Assembly (NCBI GenBank): GCA_951406725.2
Contig: CATOCA020000007.1
Span: 1 to 64,000, forward strand
DNA length: 64,000 nt
From: Octopus vulgaris
Lineage: Eukaryota
Reading direction: 5' to 3'
Below are positions 37,315 to 54,861 of this stretch, piece by piece. Positions within the stretch are counted from its first letter, which is position 1. Every line of letters starts with the position of its first letter. Made by a program: the position numbers and the translations under genes. The notes beneath the pieces were generated by a model. The model had not been told where the DNA came from and ran no database searches. It was given only the letters and a program-made list of their open reading frames with translations.

Positions 37315-37377
<63 letters not shown>

Positions 37378-37858
37378 CTCTCTCTCTCTCGCTATGTGGT
37401 GTCGGTTTCTCCCTCTGTTATCACTGTCTCTCTCTCTCTCTGTATATATATCTCGCCTTCACTCGCTTCCACAGGCTTAGCCAATACGCAGGATGAAAAA
37501 TATCAGCTAAGTCCTGTTCCTTCTTTTCATTGTTTTTGCAAGTATCATCATCACCATCAAGCCTTCTTATTATTATTGTTTCCCCATATATTGGCGTTAT
37601 CGTTGTCTTTCGTCTCAAATGCTAGCTGAAGCATATAAACTTTCATTTACAAAAACTTCGCAAAAACATCTCGTCTCAAATTTGGTCTTTCTTTCTGTCG
37701 CTAAATTCTCTAACCCATCTTTTCCCAACTTCCACTCATAGAAACTTATGCACACGATCGCAAAGCATTCCATCTCAAATCCTGTCTTTCTTTCTGCCGC
37801 CTAAAAATCTCATCTTCTCCCATTGCGCGGTGTCGTTTTGTCCCTCTGTTATCACTAT

Positions 37859-37913
<55 letters not shown>

Positions 37914-38375
37914 ATGTGGTGTCGGTTTCTCCCTCTGTTATCACTGTCTCTCTCTCTCTCTGTATATATATCTCGCCTTCACTCGCTTCCACAGGCTTAG
38001 CCAATACGCAGGATGAAAAATATCAGCTAAGTCCTGTTCCTTCTTTTCATTGTTTTTGCAAGTATCATCATCACCATCAAGCCTTCTTATTATTATTGTT
38101 TCCCCATATATTGGCGTTATCGTTGTCTTTCGTCTCAAATGCTAGCTGAAGCATATAAACTTTCATTTACAAAAACTTCGCAAAAACATCTCGTCTCAAA
38201 TTTGGTCTTTCTTTCTGTCGCTAAATTCTCTAACCCATCTTTTCCCAACTTCCACTCATAGAAACTTATGCACACGATCGCAAAGCATTCCATCTCAAAT
38301 CCTGTCTTTCTTTCTGCCGCCTAAAAATCTCATCTTCTCCCATTGCGCGGTGTCGTTTTGTCCCTCTGTTATCAC

Positions 38376-38432
<57 letters not shown>

Positions 38433-38894
38433 ATGTGGTGTCGGTTTCTCCCTCTGTTATCACTGTCTCTCTCTCTCTCTGTATATATATCTCGCCTTCA
38501 CTCGCTTCCACAGGCTTAGCCAATACGCAGGATGAAAAATATCAGCTAAGTCCTGTTCCTTCTTTTCATTGTTTTTGCAAGTATCATCATCACCATCAAG
38601 CCTTCTTATTATTATTGTTTCCCCATATATTGGCGTTATCGTTGTCTTTCGTCTCAAATGCTAGCTGAAGCATATAAACTTTCATTTACAAAAACTTCGC
38701 AAAAACATCTCGTCTCAAATTTGGTCTTTCTTTCTGTCGCTAAATTCTCTAACCCATCTTTTCCCAACTTCCACTCATAGAAACTTATGCACACGATCGC
38801 AAAGCATTCCATCTCAAATCCTGTCTTTCTTTCTGCCGCCTAAAAATCTCATCTTCTCCCATTGCGCGGTGTCGTTTTGTCCCTCTGTTATCAC

Positions 38895-38933
<39 letters not shown>

Positions 38934-39388
38934 CTCTCTCTCTCTCGCTATGTGGTGTCGGTTTCTCCCTCTGTTATCACTGTCTCTCTCTCTCTCTGTA
39001 TATATATCTCGCCTTCACTCGCTTCCACAGGCTTAGCCAATACGCAGGATGAAAAATATCAGCTAAGTCCTGTTCCTTCTTTTCATTGTTTTTGCAAGTA
39101 TCATCATCACCATCAAGCCTTCTTATTATTATTGTTTCCCCATATATTGGCGTTATCGTTGTCTTTCGTCTCAAATGCTAGCTGAAGCATATAAACTTTC
39201 ATTTACAAAAACTTCGCAAAAACATCTCGTCTCAAATTTGGTCTTTCTTTCTGTCGCTAAATTCTCTAACCCATCTTTTCCCAACTTCCACTCATAGAAA
39301 CTTATGCACACGATCGCAAAGCATTCCATCTCAAATCCTGTCTTTCTTTCTGCCGCCTAAAAATCTCATCTTCTCCCATTGCGCGGTG
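34328..39388 (+). repeat. Tandem array of a 506-553 bp unit (9 full copies + partial), length varying in an internal (CT)n tract
   Basis: ggatgaaaaatatc at 34328, 34837, 35374, 35891, 36444, 36950, 37491, 38011, 38530 and 39047. Confidence 0.96.
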
Positions 39389-39404
39389 CGCCCGCCCTCC
39401 CACA

Positions 39405-39762
39405 CCCACCACCAATACCACCCCCACCACCAATACCACCCCCACCACCAATACCACCCCCACCACCAATACCACCCCCACCACCAATACCACCCCCACC
39501 ACCAATACCACCAATACCACCCCCACCACCAATACCACCCCCACCACCAATACCACCCCCACCACCAATACCACCCCCACCACCAATACCACCCCCACCA
39601 CCAATACCACCCCCACCACCAATACCACCCCCACCACCAATACCACCCCCACCACCAATACCACCCCCACCACCACCACCACCACCACCAATACCACCCC
39701 CACCACCAATACCACCCCCACCACCAATACCACCCACCCCCACCGCCAATACCACCAATACC
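39405..39762 (+). repeat. 18-bp minisatellite (ACCACCAATACCACCCCC)n
   Basis: Direct reading; an expansion of a motif present once in element A (about 27290). Confidence 0.93.
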
Positions 39763-40532
39763 GGTGAACACTGTTCTCACCATCTACACCGGATACTCCC
39801 TCCTCCTCCCCCACCACCCCTTCCTACCCCTTCTCCTCATATGCTTTCACTGAGAAAAGACAAGCTGCTAGCGTCTCAGCTCATCAACCGCCCTCTGATC
39901 TTACGCTTCCTCCTGTTTTGAATCTGACACTGCCTCAATCCTACTATCTCCTTCCAGTCCCCTCCATGCCTCGTAATATCCTACGTTTTTATTTCTTACG
40001 AACCTGCACCAACCCTTCCTGCCATCGTTCCTCCTTACCCACCCAACCTTCCCCACACCTACCCATATATATATATACACATCCTACGTTTATATTTCTT
40101 ACGAACCTTCACCAACCCTTCCTGCCATCGTTCCTCCTCCCCAACCTTCCCCACTGGTGCTCCCCTATATTACCTGCACCCCTTTACTATCTCTCCCTCT
40201 CTTTTCACTGGTGAAACCTTTCTCAGCTGGCCCCACCCCCCCCCCCAACTCAACTCTACCCCGCATCCCGTTGCCCCCGTGTCCCTGGCACGTTAAAAGC
40301 TCGAACCGATCGTGACCGATGCCGGACCCCCGGCCCCTGTGCAGGTGGCACGTAAAAAGCACCCAATCCACTCACGGAGTGGTTGGCGTTAGGAAGGGCA
40401 TCCAGCCGTAGAAACTCTGCCAGAATCAGACTGGAGCCTGGAGCGGCCCCTGGCTTCCCAGACCCCGGTCGAACCGTCCAACCCGTGCTAGCGCGGAAAA
40501 CGGACGTTAAACGATGATGATGATGATGATGA

Positions 40533-41110
<578 letters not shown>

Positions 41111-41747
41111 TCAACAATAAAGGAACGGCCATAATAGGCCATTCACCCACTAGAAATAACAGCCAAAGCTTCAACCGCAAATAAAAGTTAATTCAGTAAA
41201 CCAGGAGAAAATTTAAAAAACATTTACCCTGTAATTTCTTATACGATATACCGTTTCATCTGCTGATTAATGGTAAACTAACCTGATTAAATTAAATCAA
41301 GCCAATCTTCCACAGGCCCTCAGATTCTTCAGTAAGAAATAGCCCAAGACGGAACAGATATTTTCACGAGGCATTTCCGACGTTGCCAAGTTAATATCTG
41401 ACCTAAAATTTTCAAATCGTCGCACTCGCGCCAAATTTATCGGCAGCAAATAAATATAAGCCGTCGATTCCATTACGGAATTAACCAGAAAATTCATAAT
41501 TAATCAATATAGGGTGGCAAAAAAAATTTTGTAGAATTCTTTTGCCACCAGCGGCCTAGTAGGAAAAAATAAAATAATCAAAGACCATTTTTAAGTTCAA
41601 CATCAACAATAAAGGAACGGCCATAATAGGCCATTCACCCACTAGAAATAACAGCCAAAGCTTCAACCGCAAATAAAAGTCAATTCAGTAAACCATGAGA
41701 AAATTTAAAAAACATTTACCCTGTAATTTCTTATACGATATACCGTT
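41111..41747 (-). mobile_element. HHR-bearing 492-bp unit in partial tandem (retrozyme-like or PLE pseudo-LTR)
   Basis: caacaataaaggaacggcc at 41112 and 41604; one full HHR and one truncated HHR; (TA)n on both sides. Confidence 0.75.
41234..41340 (-). ncRNA. Type I hammerhead ribozyme with 8-bp stem I and extended stem II
   Basis: Minus strand: atttctta-CTGAAGA-atctg...cagat-GAA-acgg tata tcgt-A-taagaaat (GUA triplet). Confidence 0.9.
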
Positions 41748-42463
<716 letters not shown>

Positions 42464-42705
42464 TCAACATCACAATCAAGGAACGGCCATAATAGGCCAT
42501 TCACCCACTAGAAATAACATCCAAAAGCTTTAACCGCAAAATAACATCAATTCCGTAAACCAGGAGAAAATGGCCTATTATGGCCGTTCCTTGATTGTGA
42601 TGTTGAACTTAAAAATGGTTTATGACTATTTAATTTTTTCCCACTAGGCCGCTGGTGGCAAAAGAATTCTACAAAATTTTTTTTTTGCCACCCTATATTG
42701 ATTAA

Positions 42706-42706
<1 letters not shown>
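42464..42706. mobile_element. Related terminus with an internal inversion (38-bp inverted repeat 42464-42501/42569-42606)
   Basis: The first half is colinear with 41111-41210; the second half is the reverse complement of about 41500-41635. Confidence 0.8.
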
Positions 42707-42759
<53 letters not shown>

Positions 42760-42762
<3 letters not shown>

Positions 42763-43135
42763 GGTCCCGGTTGATTCGGGGTTAACCACAGTAAATAAGG
42801 TACTCAATACATAGTAGAGTAAAATTTATTTATTATATAGAAGGAGCTTCTACAGGACTAGAACTGTTTCATTCAAGAGAAATCTTCAGGAAGCTAGTTA
42901 ACAAGAATTGTATTGGCATTTATACATTTAGGCAGGTTTAAAGGGGTGTTGGTGGGGGACTTTTTGGGGGTAGACATAGCGCAAAATATCATACTTGGGG
43001 GAGTGGTCAAGGAGTCAGTGTTAAATAAAAAAAAGAAATAAATAAAAAAATATATATAAAAAAAAATATATAAAAAATACATATATAAAAAAGGGAATAG
43101 TGTTTTAGGTAAATAAGGAGATTCTCACTTATACC
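42760..43135 (-). mobile_element. PLE 3' end (ENLLI...NTDS-like GIY-YIG C-terminal remnant, HHR, AATAAA) ending in (TA)n
   Basis: HHR at 42845-42895; second copy at 57768-57935. Confidence 0.6.
42845..42895 (-). ncRNA. Compact type I HHR
   Basis: Minus strand: agcttc-CTGAAGA-t ttc tctt gaa t-GAA-acag ttctagtc ctgt-A-gaagct. Confidence 0.85.
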
Positions 43136-43291
43136 TATGCACATATGTATACATATATACACACACGTACAAACATATATACATATACATANNNNNNNNN
43201 NNNNNNNNNNNNNNNNNNNNNNNNNNNNNNNNNNNNNNNNNNNNNNNNNNNNNNNNNNNNNNNNNNNNNNNNNNNNNNNNNNNNNNNNNNN

Positions 43292-44619
43292 CCTGCAACA
43301 CTATGACTGGGTGCTGAAACGACTGCTCAACCACTCAAATGTGGAAGTGATATATCTCGACTTTGCAAAGGCCTTTGATAAAGTCAATCATGGAATGATA
43401 TGTCACAAACTGCATGATCTTAGCATAGTTGGAAAACTGGGAGAATGGCTTCATGACTTTCTGAAAGATAGAAGTCAGGTGGTAGTAGCCAATGGGGCCA
43501 CTTCCATTAACACGCAAATAGTGAGCGGTGTTCCACAGGGCACTGTTTTGGGACCACTACTGTTCATAATGGCCCTCTCAGACATGCCCTCAGCCACGCA
43601 GAGAGCCACGATCACAAGTTATGCAGATGATACAAAAGTTTCACAGGCAATACAGAACCATGAAGACACTAAATGCCTGCAACGTGAGCTGGACAAAGTA
43701 TACAAGTGGGCTGAAAAGAATAGCATGCAGTTCAATGCTGAAAAGTTTCAAGCTTTATGCTATCAGCATGCAAAACTAAATGCAATACCCAATGAATACA
43801 CTGGACCCGGAGGGATTGCAATCCCAGAGGCACAATCAGTGCGTGACCTGGGTATTTACATGAGTGATGACGCAACCTTTCGTGTACATGTTGCTAAATT
43901 GGCAATGAAATGTAGACGACTGGCCGGATGGATTCTTAGAACATTTAGAACAAGAGAACAAAAATCATGATGGTCCTCTGGAGGACACTTGTCCTAAGCC
44001 ACTTTGACTATTGCTCTCAGCTATGGTCACCATCCAGTGTCAAGTTCATCACAGAACTTGAGGCGATCCAACGTAGCTACACGAAGAAGATAGCCTCTGT
44101 GCAGCATATAAGCTACTGGGAAAGATCAAGAGATTAAAACTCTATTCCTTGGAGCGTAAGCGAGAAAGATATGCCATAATATACATCTGGAAGATCCTGG
44201 AAGGACTTGTCGCAAACTTTGGCATCGAGAGTTACATAAATGCCAGGACTGGGCGCCACTGCGTGGTGCCAAGGACTCCAAATTTGCCATCAAGATGTAG
44301 GACAAGATACTGTGATAGCCTGGGCTTCAGAGGCCCACAGCTCTTCAATATCCTCCCGAAGAACCTGAGGGACCTGCATGGTGTAGATGCAGATGTCTTT
44401 AAAGTAGGATTGGATCTCTTCCTGTCAGGTGTCCCAGATGAACCAACTTCACGGCAGGAGGTGCAGATGAGGGTAGCTGCATCGAACTCTCTCATGCACC
44501 AAATGGCAGTTGCTAAAAAGCATTCGTGAAGTAAACCATGTAGCAACACCAAATGGCGGTACCCCAGCATGGCCACAACTCATGAGCTGAAACTAGAATC
44601 AATCAATCAATCAATCAAT

Positions 44620-44621
<2 letters not shown>
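43292..44621 (+). mobile_element. CR1-group LINE subfamily 2, 3' part, frameshifted, (AATC)n tail
   Basis: RT motifs [23 protein letters not shown]; 3' motif. Confidence 0.93.
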
Positions 44622-47246
<2,625 letters not shown>

Positions 47247-48870
47247 AGCAAGAAGAATAACTTTGGTTATTTGGTACGATCGTTTCGCATTACATCATTT
47301 TATTAAATGTTGTAAGTATTACAACAATTTCAAAATGCTGAACACTCCTCAGCCATTAATAGAGGTTTTCCATTATTTCGTTATTCTCATATCAAGTGGT
47401 AACATTATAGAGGAGGTAGATATATAGACAAAGATGTGGATTTAAATTTTAAGGACATTTGAGGTAGTGGAGCTTATCAACTGACTGACTAAAATTCAGT
47501 TGCTCCGAACTACTGTAAGGTTCTGAGAGGACAGGACAAATGAAAAGAGACAACAAATATTTTCTATTTATAGAAATAGGGGTGAAAGAGATATCAAAGT
47601 TCCATATAAAGAAATTAATGTAGAGAAAAGGATTGTCACACTACAATGCCAATTACTACTATTTGGTAAACAGATTTGGCATTAGGAGAACTAGGTTAAT
47701 GTCAAATGGTTATAATGACACTAATAAAGATTGCAGAGATTTTATAAAGCTAATATACATCAACATTATAATCAGCTTATAGGTTCTGAGTACTTTGATA
47801 TATTGGATTAAAGGAAAAAATATCGATCTAAAATTTATTCAATTTTGAGAAAAGTCCATCACTTATTATGAGTAGGCATAATACTTATTAACTGGAGGAA
47901 AAAAGTCTTATTAATCAAGTGAATATATTAGGGATCCAGAACATATACTAGGAAAAATGGAAGAGGAGAAATCAAAGAAGAAAGGTATTCATAGGTTTAG
48001 TAGAAGGTGATTTAGTAATATGAAGAGAGGTAATTTAGAAGAGTAAATTATCCAGATTTCATAGATAATGAGTTGTTATTAATGAATCTGTTGGAAATAA
48101 TATTTACTACCTGCAGATAAAGGTTAATTAGTTAGGTAAAAATATCTTTGGTTAATTATATATTAAGAAATGGAAGTGAGATAATCAAGGTGATCCGAAT
48201 AGTTTCCTTAGGGACATAGGATTTATACTATTTAGTATTGGAGAATATTAGAAAAAAGAATTTAATTCTAAGTTTGCAATGAAGTTCTTTAGTAATCTAT
48301 GTATGTTGAATTAAAAACCAGTATGATATATTTGTTCTTATTTGGTTATAAAGAATTAAAATTTGAAAAATTTAGGAATATTCACAATATTATTATTTAA
48401 AATATTTAAACGTACAGGTTGTACGATGTATACAAGATACTCCTAGCTCCGAACGGTTATTTAACAGATTTGTATTACTCTGGTGGTTAGTTTTACAAAT
48501 CATATTGATTTTGGAACGATCGTAATGATGAGTCCTACAGATGAAGGATTACGTAAGTGTTTAATTCGTTAATAGACGAAACCGGTATGCGATTAATTCT
48601 TGATTTTTATATAATTTTCATCTGTCTTGCACGCCTATTGTTCTGGTGTCCACTGAATTTTCTCTAGAGAACATTCTTTCTTTGTAGTTTGATCATAGGT
48701 GATCTATTTCTAGCATATGGCTGTCCACATAGTGGTTATTAGCCCTTAAAATATACACATGTACTAGAATTTTCTCTGATTTTTCAGATTTTTGTATGCT
48801 AGGCTACTGGTTTTAAATTGATATTAATTAAATTAATATTCAATTTATCTCCCTCATTATTTAAATATTT
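47247..48870 (+). mobile_element. Degenerate probable PLE with HHR-like motif and conserved terminal hairpin
   Basis: HHR-like motif at 48518-48594; terminal motif ctaggctactgg...hairpin...ctccc; no intact ORF. Confidence 0.5.
48518..48594 (+). ncRNA. Type I HHR-like motif with C3->A core change
   Basis: gatcgta-ATGATGA-gtc...gac-GAA-ACCGGT-A-tgcgatt. Confidence 0.65.
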
Positions 48871-49156
48871 ATATATACATGTATATGTTTATATAGCTAT
48901 ATATGTATAAATATAGTGTGTATATATGTATATATATATATAAGTATATAGATATATATATATATAAGTATATAGATATATATGTATATAGATATGTATA
49001 AATATAGTGTGCATATATGTATATGTATATATATATATGTGTGTGTACATATATATGTATATATATGTAATATGTACACATGTATATACACATATATACA
49101 TGCATACATATATTTATACATATACATACATTTATACACACACACACATATATATA

Positions 49157-49267
49157 GGTGCAGGTGTGGATGTGTGCTAACAAACTTGGATCCAAAGCAC
49201 ATGGTCCTGCATTCAGTCCCACTCTGTGGTTACTTGGCATGTGTCTTCTGCGATAGCCTCAGACCAA
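49157..49267 (+). mobile_element. 5' part of a tRNA-derived cephalopod-type SINE (degenerate)
   Basis: ggtgcaggtgtggatgtgtg...catggtcctgcattcagtcccact...gtgtcttctgcgatagcctc, with A/B-box-like segments. Confidence 0.7.
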
Positions 49268-49400
49268 CTCGACTGAGGAAAGAAAACTCTGAATGACCCA
49301 TCCTTGTTTTCTTTGTATCGTCTATCTGGATGTTTGGTTGTCCCTTTTTTTGTATCACCTAACTGTCTGGATGTTTTGCATTATTGTCGCATTTCGTATG
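49268..49400 (+). mobile_element. 5'-truncated divergent homolog of the 3' end of the 54862-55565 element
   Basis: ctcgaCTGAGGAaagaaaactctgaatgacccatc aligns with cttgaCTGATGActgagagcttcgaaagtcccgtc. Confidence 0.6.
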
Positions 49401-49453
<53 letters not shown>

Positions 49454-49936
49454 TTATTTTTGGTTATATGTTTATACGTTTATTGATACAAAAAATAAGG
49501 ATTTTTAATTACTATATTTGTTGATTATAATTTAGATACTTATTTAGATACTTAAATAATAAATACATAAAGTATTTATTATTTTATAATTATTATATGC
49601 GAACTAAAATCTAAAAATATTGATAGTGAATATTTTGTTAAATAATTTGGTAATTAAATATTGGAGTATAACTGGGTTAAAAATATTCTATATTTTATTA
49701 ATGTTTTTTTAAGCTAAATTATATCTTCACAGATAAATACATATTTCTATCTATTTACTCTATTTTTTTACCTTAAATATTTAACATAATAAATGTATCA
49801 TAGGAAACTGATCCTAATGTTTTAAGTTTCAAATTTTGTTAATGGAGTTTCTTCTATAAGAAAAATTATTATTTTATTTATTTTTTAAATAAATATTGTT
49901 TAACTCTATTTGCTTATTTATTTAACTATTATTGTT

Positions 49937-50026
49937 AACCTGAAGATTGACTATAATTTTAAATTGAATTCATTTCAATTAAATTTAATTGTAATTCGAA
50001 TTTCATTGTAGCCATGAAACGTAGTT
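49937..50026 (+). ncRNA. Type I HHR-like motif with long AT-rich stem II, in an AT-rich PLE-type terminus (about 49490-50180)
   Basis: aac-CTGAAGA-t tgactataat...attgtagcca t-GAA-ACGT-A-gtt. Confidence 0.65.
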
Positions 50027-50204
50027 TTTTTATTTATTTTATATTGATTATTCATTTTTATACTTTTTGAGATCTAGTTATATGTTTTATAAAAATATAT
50101 ATTATTTGTTATTTAAGTTTTGTTTTATGTCTATCACTGTTTGAGTTTCATAATAGTGGTTTTATCTCTAATTTATATTTTATATATATTTATATATAAA
50201 TTCT

Positions 50205-50907
50205 ATAATTATGAGTATAATTATAATTAGGGTTCAGCAAAATTTGCTTCACCACATACCGAAATTTAGAAATAGCAGTTAAAAACTACTATTCTACTAC
50301 TATAAGGTATCTCCCAGACAGCAATACTCAACAACTCACTCAGGTAAAGAGAAAAAATAACGAATCTACCTGGCTCTGATTAACTGTACATGCATTTCAG
50401 AGTTAGAGAGATGTGAAAAATGTAAAATCATATTTCTACTCACTCACTCTCCTCATCAGTACAGTAATTCAAATTTTAAATTTGAGAGCACTGATAATTA
50501 ATATAAGTATTTGATCAAGTGACATCAAACAGCATATATCCAAAGACCAGTACTTCCGAATTCGAACAGATGAATGAGATATTGTATTCCTCCTCATTCA
50601 CCCATGTGTGCCAATGAGTAAAAATCTGCAGAAACTGCATTTACTATCAGGGAGAGAATTATATTATCAATAATAATAAAGGGTAAAATTGATTAATAAT
50701 CAATAATTTTCCAAGTAGTTCAGTATGTTAAAAGAACCATTATCGGTAAACTTATTCAAAAATTCCGTAATTATGAATATAATTATAATTAGGGTTCAGC
50801 AAAATTTGCTTCACCACATACCGAAATTTAGAAATAGCAGTTAAAAACTACTATTCTCCTACTATAAGATATCTCCTAGACTGCAATACTCGTTTCAGCT
50901 TTAAAGC
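50205..50907 (-). mobile_element. Two partial copies (about 50205-50330 and 50650-50907) of a PLE-type terminus; the second retains the 3' half of an HHR
   Basis: Duplicated aattagggttcagcaaaatttgcttcaccacataccg; minus strand GAAAC-gagtattgca-GTC-taggaga at 50872-50896. Confidence 0.55.
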
Positions 50908-50929
50908 ACCACTATTGGTTTTGCTACAC

Positions 50930-51036
50930 CTTCATGCACATCATGCAGGTCTCTCAGGTATTTTGGAAGGATATTGGAGAGCTGTGGGCCCTTGAAACCC
51001 AAGCTGTTGCAGTATCTGTCCTGTATTTTGATGGTG
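50930..51036 (-). mobile_element. Short CR1-group LINE ORF2 C-terminal fragment
   Basis: Homologous to the [23 protein letters not shown] region. Confidence 0.75.
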
Positions 51037-51453
51037 AATGTGGGGTATGCAGTGGCTATATAAACAATGTATTTGGAGGCAAAAATGGGTTAGATGGGTG
51101 CTGATGAGAGGGCAAAACCCCCTGAAATATGGCATATAGACTTATTACCCATTTTTGTCTTCAATCTCATTGTTTGTTTACATCTGACGTCTCGTATACA
51201 AAACAGTGTTGCAAAAGTCAGTGCTGGCTGTACTTTCTTAAAAATATCTGTAGAAATAACCTTAACAAAATAATGCAAAAAGCACTGCTAATGTAATAGA
51301 ACCTGGTATTGACTTATAAAAACATTTAATATACTTTATAGTATATTATGGTTNNNNNNNNNNNNNNNNNNNNNNNNNNNNNNNNNNNNNNNNNNNNNNN
51401 NNNNNNNNNNNNNNNNNNNNNNNNNNNNNNNNNNNNNNNNNNNNNNNNNNNNN

Positions 51454-51823
51454 AACCGCAGAACGGGGCACCGCTGCGTGGTGCCAAGGATTCCAACATC
51501 ACCATCAAAATACAGGTCCAGATACTGCAACAGCTTGGGTTTCAGAGGACCACAGCTCTTTAACATCCTCCCTAAATGCCTGAGAGACTTACATGGTGTG
51601 GATGTGGGTTTCTTTAAAACTAAACTGGATCTCTTCTTGTTGGGAGTCCCAGATGAACCTACCTCACGACAGGAGACACGGATGCGGGCAGCAGCATCGA
51701 ACTCCCTTGTTGATCAAGTGCCACGTATCAGAGGTGGATTCACAAACTAGTGTAGCTCATTCAGCGGTGGTGCCCCAGCATGGCCGCGGCCTTCGGGCTA
51801 AAACATATTTAAGGATTTAAGGA
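51454..51823 (+). mobile_element. CR1-group LINE subfamily 3, 3' end
   Basis: Near-identical to the reverse complement of 32946-33314. Confidence 0.92.
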
Positions 51824-51831
51824 TACATATA

Positions 51832-51891
<60 letters not shown>

Positions 51892-52366
51892 CATATATGC
51901 ATACATACATATATATATATACATACATACATATATATATATACATACATACATATATATATATACATACATACATATATATACGTACATACATACATAT
52001 ATATATACACATACATACATATATATACACATATATACATATATATATACACATATATACATATATATATACACATATATACATATATATATACACATAT
52101 ATACATATATATATACACATATATATACATATATATATACATATATATATACACATATATACATATATATATACACATATATATACATATATATATACAT
52201 ATATATATATATATACATATATATATACATATATATACATATATACATATATATATATACATATATATATACATATATATACATATATATATACATACAT
52301 ATACATATATATATACATACATATACATATGTATATATATACATACATGTATATATATATATATAC

Positions 52367-52402
<36 letters not shown>

Positions 52403-52516
52403 GTATATATATATATATATACATATATATACATATATATATACATATATATATGATATATATATATATACATATATATATACATATATATACATATATA
52501 TACACATATATATATA
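51824..52516. repeat. (TA)n/(CATA)n microsatellite
   Basis: Direct reading. Confidence 0.94.
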
Positions 52517-54810
<2,294 letters not shown>

Positions 54811-54861
54811 TATGTATATGTATATATATATATACATATATGTATATGTATATATATATAT

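Noticed and set aside
34660-39185. Repeated 65-119 aa ORFs in the ~520-bp array
   Set aside because: Plus-strand frames shift with (CT)n length, and none has a recognisable domain.
39302-39921. Poly-Pro, poly-Gly, HQYHPH and WWWGWY ORFs
   Set aside because: All frames are open because of the 18-bp minisatellite; there is no coding evidence.
50420-50465. Minus-strand CTGATGA...GAAA possible hammerhead
   Set aside because: No stem II can form and the stem III/I register does not fit.
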